A stretch of 20,000 nt of DNA from an uncultured virus (IMG/VR IMGVR_UViG_3300031885_002559) (taxonomy: Duplodnaviria; Heunggongvirae; Uroviricota; Caudoviricetes): the IMG/VR virus record IMGVR_UViG_3300031885_002559; one strand, written 5' to 3'. The notes under the pieces are model-generated. The model was not told the origin of the DNA, did not search any database, and worked only from the letters and a program-made list of their open reading frames with translations. Shown piece by piece: positions 15,313 to 20,000 of the stretch. Every line of letters starts with the position of its first letter. Within the stretch, counting starts at the first letter, position 1. A program made the translations under genes and the position numbers.

Positions 15313-15777
15313 ATGGGCGACCGGCACTACACGCAGTCATTGGCATACGCGCTCCTACAGAAGTTCACGGAATACCGCGAAATGGTGGAGCGTTTCTCCG
15401 CCGTCGCCGAGTTCTGCCCGATCCCGTGCTTTGTCACGGCCCACGACGGCACTTCGATCCTCTACGTCAACCCGGCGTACACAGCCATGACTGGCTATGG
15501 CGTAGACGACCTCCAAAACGCGACGTGGTCGAAGGTGGTCCACCCGGAAGACAGGCAGGAGGCCATCGACGTGTGGCTCAAGTTCTGCCGGGATGCGCAG
15601 CCGGTCAATTTCCAGCAGCGCTACGTCCACGCAGAAACAGGCGTGGTCACCAAAGTCATCACAACCGTACACGTCGTCAAAGGCAACGGCTTCGTCGGCT
15701 TCATGACGCCTATCGAACTGGTTCCACCGGGAGGTTGGCGTCCCCGGCAGGACTCACACCTGCGACCTCAGCTTTAG
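15313..15777 (+). CDS. Stand-alone PAS domain protein
   Basis: ILYVNPAYTAMTGY, WSKVVHPEDR; ATG 15313 follows GTATTTA. Confidence 0.88.
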   Translation: MGDRHYTQSLAYALLQKFTEYREMVERFSAVAEFCPIPCFVTAHDGTSILYVNPAYTAMTGYGVDDLQNATWSKVVHPEDRQEAIDVWLKFCRDAQPVNFQQRYVHAETGVVTKVITTVHVVKGNGFVGFMTPIELVPPGGWRPRQDSHLRPQL

Positions 15778-15811
15778 GAGAGCTTTGCGCTGTATACTGC
15801 GCCACGGGGAC
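15736..15811 (-). tRNA. tRNA-Arg(CCT)
   Basis: Loop CTCCTAA. Confidence 0.85.
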
Positions 15812-15854
15812 TAAAACTCGAAATCGGCGGCACTGTAGTTGAGCTACGGGGACG

Positions 15855-15929
15855 TGGTACTCCCGGCAGGATTTTCACCTGCATCGCCGCGCTTAGAAGA
15901 CGCGCACTCTGTTGTTGAGCTACGGGAGC
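15855..15929 (-). tRNA. tRNA-Arg(TCT)
   Basis: Loop CTTCTAA. Confidence 0.85.
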
Positions 15930-15934
15930 GAAAG

Positions 15935-16010
15935 TGGCTGCCAAGGCTGGGTACGATCCAGCAACCCTCCGGTTAACAGCCGGATGCTCTACCAGTTGAG
16001 CTACTTGGCA
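15935..16010 (-). tRNA. tRNA-Asn(GTT)
   Basis: Loop CTGTTAA, G73. Confidence 0.9.
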
Positions 16011-16432
16011 ATGACGTTGTGAAGCAGTGAGTCGTGCAGCGGGCACCCCATCGGCGACGCGCAGCTCGGCACAGCAAATCCGAGGTATCCGTCGCCCGGT
16101 ATGGCGGTGATGTGCCACCACATGTTGACGAAGGCACCACCCACCGCATGTTGAAAGTGTATACGCGTTGACGTAACCTTGTCGGCAACAGCGCGCTCGT
16201 ATTCGTCCATGACACGGCTCAGGTCATCCGGGCGGATGAACTTGACCCACTTCCGCCCCAGAAGCTGGTACTCCTTGGCTCCAAGCAGCGTCTGGTACGG
16301 CGCGTTTACGCGGGTCCAGCCCCCAGCAGCATCGGCAGCAAAAAGCGGCACAGGGCAGTTTTCAACAACTGCTGTTTCAAACTCGACTCGACTTGCGGCC
16401 AGTCTTTCGGCCACGCGCTGCGCATTTCCCAC
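16001..16432 (-). CDS. Stand-alone PAS domain protein
   Basis: ENCPVPLFAADAAG..TRVNAPY..LLG, WVKFIRPDD. Confidence 0.85.
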   Translation of the reverse strand: MGNAQRVAERLAASRVEFETAVVENCPVPLFAADAAGGWTRVNAPYQTLLGAKEYQLLGRKWVKFIRPDDLSRVMDEYERAVADKVTSTRIHFQHAVGGAFVNMWWHITAIPGDGYLGFAVPSCASPMGCPLHDSLLHNVIAK

Positions 16433-16447
16433 TCAATAACTACGAAA

Positions 16448-16490
16448 TGGTCAGGGGCTACAGCCGGGTGCTCTACCAGTTGAGCTAGCG
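16448..16490 (-). pseudogene. Internally deleted tRNA remnant (GTA anticodon)
   Basis: D arm and CCCGGCTGTA fused to CCCTGACCA; T arm missing. Confidence 0.65.
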
Positions 16491-16493
16491 AAA

Positions 16494-16570
16494 TGGTCAG
16501 GGTGGCGAGATTCGCACTCGCGACTTCCTGCGCCCGAGGCAGGCGCGCTACTAGGCTGCGCTACACCCTG
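16494..16570 (-). tRNA. tRNA-Pro(CGG)
   Basis: Loop CTCGGGC. Confidence 0.88.
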
Positions 16571-16577
16571 ATGAAAG

Positions 16578-16653
16578 TGGTCGGGGTGGGCGGATTCTCA
16601 CCGCCGGTCTCCTGCTCCCAAGGCAGGCGCGTTGAATGCTACGCTACACCCCG
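16578..16653 (-). tRNA. tRNA-Pro(TGG)
   Basis: Loop CTTGGGA. Confidence 0.88.
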
Positions 16654-16657
16654 AAAA

Positions 16658-16729
16658 TGGTGCCCGGAGACTGGTTGGTGGTTAACTCGTGAGCGATCCA
16701 GCACGCCGTCTGTCGTCACCACTCCGGGC
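16658..16729 (-). ncRNA. CCA-ending RNA without a T arm
   Basis: GCCCGGAG/CTCCGGGC stem followed by ACCA; non-cloverleaf interior. Confidence 0.6.
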
Positions 16730-16739
16730 ATCAGAAAAA

Positions 16740-16819
16740 TCCCAAGCCGCACTGCGGCCCTCCGTCCGTTACTTCCGTTGTGCAACCGTAGGACGGTTCC
16801 TCCGCTTTCTTGCTTGGGT
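16740..16819 (-). ncRNA. Unassigned structured RNA (80 nt)
   Basis: CCCAAGC/GCTTGGG, GCGG/CCGC and CCGTCC/GGACGG stems. Confidence 0.55.
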
Positions 16820-16822
16820 AAA

Positions 16823-16899
16823 TGGCGGGACTGGCCGGACTCGCACCGGTTTACTTCGCCGTGACAGGGCGCTGATTCGACTCCTTCATCTTCAGTCCC
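16823..16899 (-). tRNA. tRNA-Asp(GTC)
   Basis: Loop CTGTCAC, G73. Confidence 0.85.
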
Positions 16900-16903
16900 A
16901 AAA

Positions 16904-16994
16904 TGGTACCAGCGACAGGACTCGCACCTGTGGTGTTTACCCGGAGGGTGGCAGATTTACAGTCTGCTGCGTTCGCTACTCCGCTCACGCTGGC
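16904..16994 (-). tRNA. tRNA-Tyr(GTA)
   Basis: Loop CTGTAAA, long variable arm. Confidence 0.88.
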
Positions 16995-17000
16995 ATGATT

Positions 17001-17087
17001 TTGACGAGCAAGGGGTGGCGTGGGAGAACCGGGTTGCCCCGGCATTCCATGCAGTGATAGATAACCCACATCCAATCGGCTCATCAA
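17001..17087 (-). ncRNA. Y RNA without a tRNA domain
   Basis: TTGATGAGCCGA...GGTTATC...CCCTTGCTCGTCAA. Confidence 0.78.
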
Positions 17088-17089
17088 AG

Positions 17090-17162
17090 TGGCACGGAGT
17101 CTGGGTGCTGCCCCCAGCAAGACAAGTTTTGGAGACTCGCCCGCACGGCTGGTGCCCTCCGT
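17090..17162 (-). tRNA. tRNA-Trp(CCA)
   Basis: Loop CTCCAAA, G73, short D arm. Confidence 0.75.
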
Positions 17163-17173
17163 ATACAAAGCAG

Positions 17174-17288
17174 TGGGGTAGCTCGGGCCAGAGCGCGGTC
17201 ACACGCAGCTCTGGTGCCCTCAGCGCAGCCTGCGCCTTTAGCTTCTTGCGAGGAACCTTCGTTGTGACGCGTCAGTTCCGAATCCCCA
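17174..17288 (-). ncRNA. Unassigned structured RNA with a probable pseudoknot
   Basis: TGGGG/CCCCA and TCGG/CCGA closing stems; GTCACA is complementary to hairpin loop TGTGAC. Confidence 0.6.
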
Positions 17289-17293
17289 CAAAT

Positions 17294-17367
17294 TGGTGGA
17301 AGTACGGGGAGTCCCACCCCGGTCTCTCGCGTGCGAGGCGAGCGCTCTAGTGCTGAGCTATACCCCC
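17294..17367 (-). tRNA. tRNA-Ala(CGC)
   Basis: Loop CTCGCAC, G3.U70. Confidence 0.88.
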
Positions 17368-17369
17368 AT

Positions 17370-17445
17370 TGGTGGAACCACAGGGACTCGCACCCTGAAC
17401 CTCTGCGATGCCATCGCAGCGCTCTACTGATTGAGCTATGGCCCC
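17370..17445 (-). tRNA. tRNA-Ala(GGC)
   Basis: Loop ATGGCAT, G3.U70. Confidence 0.9.
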
Positions 17446-17456
17446 GATCCGTAAAT

Positions 17457-17533
17457 TGGCTGCCGGGGTTGGCTTCGCTCCAACGATCTCCTGTTTCAGA
17501 GACAGGCGCGTTACTGGACTACGCTACCCGGCA
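17457..17533 (-). tRNA. tRNA-Gln(CTG)
   Basis: Loop CTCTGAA, U1-A72. Confidence 0.88.
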
Positions 17534-17537
17534 GTGG

Positions 17538-17927
17538 CTACTTTCTATTGAGCTGTTCGTAAATGTCCTTGCTCAGAGCGCGCTGCTGAACTCGCTGCTG
17601 GTCCTGCTGCTGGACCTGCTGCTCGATAAGGCGCTGCTGGTGGGCATCCCCGCCAAATAACCTTGGAATGATCGGCGGCGTTTCCACAGGCTTCGTTTGC
17701 TCCAAGACTTTGGTCAACTGGTTCGTGATCTCGTTCATCCGAACCTCGTAGGTGGCCAGCTTGTCCGAGAGCTGTTTGATGACAAACTCCAGCTTGGTCT
17801 CAGTGGTCCTGACCTTGTCGTCTACGGTCGTCGCACCGCGCCAAACGATGGCCGCTGCGCCCATAAACGCCCCAACGACCAAGGCTGAGACAGCGTTGGT
17901 CACGATCTTCTCCCACTCGATCTTCAT
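17538..17927 (-). CDS. Membrane-anchored coiled-coil protein
   Basis: N-terminal TM segment AVSALVVGAFMGAAAIVW; heptad region; Q-rich tail. Confidence 0.8.
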   Translation of the reverse strand: MKIEWEKIVTNAVSALVVGAFMGAAAIVWRGATTVDDKVRTTETKLEFVIKQLSDKLATYEVRMNEITNQLTKVLEQTKPVETPPIIPRLFGGDAHQQRLIEQQVQQQDQQRVQQRALSKDIYEQLNRK

Positions 17928-17943
17928 GCCCTACTTACGAAAT

Positions 17944-18017
17944 TGGTGGAAGTGACCGGAGTCGCACCGGCATCCTCTGCTTGCAAGGCAGACGCTCTGC
18001 TGTTGAGCTACACCCCC
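17944..18017 (-). tRNA. tRNA-Ala(TGC)
   Basis: Loop CTTGCAA, G3.U70. Confidence 0.9.
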
Positions 18018-18019
18018 AG

Positions 18020-18113
18020 TCAACCACCCCCTTTTACGCTGACGGACAGTATCGTGTATACAGGCTCGCACGACCGGCCTGCTGCCGTCCCACGGACAAG
18101 CCAAGGTGGTTGA
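18020..18113 (-). ncRNA. Unassigned structured RNA (94 nt)
   Basis: TCAACCACC/GGTGGTTGA closing stem; GACGG/CCGTC; TCGTG/CACGA. Confidence 0.6.
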
Positions 18114-18117
18114 AAAA

Positions 18118-18255
18118 CTGTCCGCAGGAGTCGGTGTCTTCCTCCGCTTGCGCGTGGTCGCTTCACCCTACCCGCCGGAGACTACGTCAATGCACTCCGG
18201 TTCTCTCCGCCAGAGGGACTGACGAGGTCGCCCCACGGAGCCGTGTGTCGGACAG
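18118..18255 (-). ncRNA. Unassigned structured RNA (138 nt)
   Basis: CTGTCCG/CGGACAG closing stem; CCGGAG/CTCCGG hairpin. Confidence 0.55.
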
Positions 18256-18260
18256 AAAAT

Positions 18261-18367
18261 GACCGGCCAGAGTAACCAGAGGTTGCAACCGCTGATCCCG
18301 TGCTGTGTGGCCTTCGCATCCACCCCGCGCCGCGTCCGGCGCAGTACTCCCGGTTTGTCGTACGGTC
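18261..18367 (-). ncRNA. Unassigned structured RNA (107 nt)
   Basis: GACCG/CGGTC closing stem; CGGGAGTA/TACTCTG; GCGCCG/CGGCGC. Confidence 0.5.
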
Positions 18368-18373
18368 TGAAAT

Positions 18374-18447
18374 TGGAGCGGGTGAACGGTAACGATCCGT
18401 CGTCCTCGCGTTGGCAACGCGACGCTCTGCCATTGAGCTACACCCGC
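18374..18447 (-). tRNA. tRNA-Gly(GCC)
   Basis: Loop TTGCCAA, U73. Confidence 0.9.
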
Positions 18448-18460
18448 ACCACAAATTGAA

Positions 18461-18503
18461 CCCCGGCGCGCTCTCCCAGAGTTTGGAGATCGACGCGCCG
18501 GGG
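18461..18503 (-). other. GC-rich hairpin at the head of the array
   Basis: CCCCGGCGCG/CGCGCCGGGG 10-bp stem. Confidence 0.6.
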
Positions 18504-18650
18504 CGCTTAACAAAGAACAAACACCCTATTCGCCTCTGTCGAGGTCGCCCGCAGGTTTCATAGTCCTCTCGGACCTTCACGGCGGTCTTCGCGGCCTTAT
18601 CGGATGCCGCTTCCGTCTCCCCCCGGAGCGTAAGATGTAATCCAAAAATC

Positions 18651-18682
18651 AAAAACCCCACTACCTTTCGGGTAGCGGGGTT
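18651..18682 (-). terminator. Attenuator terminator upstream of the RNA array
   Basis: CCCCGCTACC-CGAAA-GGTAGTGGGG followed by TTTTT. Confidence 0.85.
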
Positions 18683-18703
18683 GGCGAAAGTTCTTTGTCG
18701 TGC

Positions 18704-18829
18704 CTACCCGCTACCTTCCACTGGTTCCTCACTACGCACGACAGCAAATGACATGGCGCAGTTGGCCCAGTGGATAAGGGCATAATCCTGCCCTTTACCC
18801 GTCGGGGTATTTTGCAACCTTGCTGTCAC
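18704..18829 (-). CDS. Putative leader peptide of the attenuator (41 codons; alternative GTG at 18841)
   Basis: VTARLQNTPTGKGQDYALIHWANCAMSFAVVRSEEPVEGSG*; the last codons are the antiterminator strand. Confidence 0.6.
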   Translation of the reverse strand: MTARLQNTPTGKGQDYALIHWANCAMSFAVVRSEEPVEGSG

Positions 18830-18943
18830 TATCGAGTTCACCAGTTCAGTTCAGTTCTGACGAGGCACACGCCCCGGCAGTGCGCAAACTTTCGCACAGC
18901 CACCCAGAATCGCGCAAGAACTTTTTTCGACTTTTTTAGATGA

Positions 18944-19279
18944 CTACTTTTTCCGAGGCAATTCACCGGCATCGCTGACGAATACCGGGGCCAGCGTTTG
19001 GCAGACTTCCTTGCGCATACCGGGCAACAAGATGTTGCGGACCAGCTTGACCTCGGGGCTCGTGCCATCGCGCCACTTCGTACGATAGCTCACGCCGCGC
19101 TTGTAGCCCTCAGCGGTCTTGGCTTTCGTGAGCCGGTATTGAATCTGGCATGGAGTCAGGCCCGTCTCGCGCTGGATCGCATCCGTAGACTGCCCAAGCC
19201 GGGCGAGAACAACGGCCTCGACCTCCAACACGGTGGGATCGCTGAACTTGATTTTGTGCCGCGTTTTGATCTTTCGCAT
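18944..19279 (-). CDS. Small HTH-like DNA-binding protein
   Basis: LARLGQSTDAIQRETGLTPCQIQYRL. Confidence 0.7.
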   Translation of the reverse strand: MRKIKTRHKIKFSDPTVLEVEAVVLARLGQSTDAIQRETGLTPCQIQYRLTKAKTAEGYKRGVSYRTKWRDGTSPEVKLVRNILLPGMRKEVCQTLAPVFVSDAGELPRKK

Positions 19280-19374
19280 AAATCTTCGGCCTCTTTCGAG
19301 GCCGTGGGTTGTTTAGTCTTGGTCGGGGTTGTCGGGTCAAGTGCAGTCTTGGCACGGTAAGGCCCGTAACGAAA

Positions 19375-19773
19375 TCAACTGTGCTTGCTGGCCACGTCCA
19401 TCGCCGTATTCAACACGCGCAGGTTCAGGCCGCAGCACGGGCAGTAGTTCGCGCCCGCTGGGAACGCAGGACGATCAAACACCTTCTTGCGAGGGCGGTA
19501 ACCGCCTATGCCTTTGGCCACGCCGGGATTGGCTTCGCGCCACGCCCGCGTGCGCCGGTCGATGTGCTCCAGCGTGCCGGTCTCCGTTGCTGCCGCAGGC
19601 TCGATGATGCCGGTGTGCCCGTTGGCCTTGGCCCGGCCCGCGCCTCTGACCGCGCCTCGGATATTCTTCTTGTGGGTTCGGCCCACGTGCATGTTCAGGG
19701 CGAGAATCGCTCGGCCCTCGGTTGGTTTTGTAAAATGTCTCTCACACTGGTCACAATGTTTCGTTGTTGGCAT
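19375..19773 (-). CDS. Zn-finger protein
   Basis: CDQC...HVGRTH (C2H2-like) and NYCPCCG; GGAAA upstream of ATG. Confidence 0.75.
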   Translation of the reverse strand: MPTTKHCDQCERHFTKPTEGRAILALNMHVGRTHKKNIRGAVRGAGRAKANGHTGIIEPAAATETGTLEHIDRRTRAWREANPGVAKGIGGYRPRKKVFDRPAFPAGANYCPCCGLNLRVLNTAMDVASKHS

Positions 19774-19791
19774 GTTTCCTTTGTTTGGTGG

Positions 19792-19977
19792 TTAGTACTC
19801 TCGATCTGCATTGACACTCGACCCCGGCGCGGGCATGGCGACGCCCATCATCTCGTAAAGAGCTTCCTCCGTGATGCGCGAAACGTTGTGCCTCTCGGCT
19901 GCGGCAGCCTTGGTGGCCCCGCCTTCCGCACCTTCGACCAGATAGTGGACCTTGGCTGATACGCTCGACTTCACCAT
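19792..19977 (-). CDS. Small hypothetical protein
   Basis: 61 aa; AGGTGGA SD-like sequence upstream. Confidence 0.5.
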   Translation of the reverse strand: MVKSSVSAKVHYLVEGAEGGATKAAAAERHNVSRITEEALYEMMGVAMPAPGSSVNADREY

Positions 19978-20000
19978 TCCACCTGCCTTCTCAATCCGGC

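Noticed and set aside
18219..18225. Hammerhead core CTGACGA
   Set aside because: It is on the plus strand, opposite to array transcription, and has no properly placed GAAA or stem III
1..20000. CRISPR array, rRNA or transposase/integrase
   Set aside because: No regularly spaced repeats, rRNA signatures or recombinase motifs were seen

Overview
GC-rich segment, most likely from a large (jumbo-type) phage or phage-like element. It is dominated by a minus-strand RNA array running from about 18,500 down to about 850. The array holds 40 CCA-encoding tRNA genes covering all 20 amino acids, a tmRNA with a very long tag, a Ro60/TROVE gene with four Y RNAs, about a dozen unassigned structured RNAs, and interspersed cargo genes (two HNH and two PD-(D/E)XK nucleases, a tubulin/FtsZ-family GTPase, LamG, Fn3 and two PAS proteins). 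Most striking observations: (i) an apparent ribosome-dependent attenuator at the head of the array, whose 41-codon leader uses all 20 amino acids; (ii) a circularly permuted, CCA-containing tRNA module inside an ncRNA with 6-nt periodic tracts, directly after a helical protein gene; (iii) four Leu-anticodon tRNAs with an extra covarying helix and no long variable arm; (iv) systematic compensatory remodelling of the tRNA elbow; (v) two recurring motifs just upstream of start codons, and a shared 'A-x-x-x-V-x-x-(L/M)-L-E' peptide motif in unrelated ORFs. All calls were made by eye; no database searches were run.
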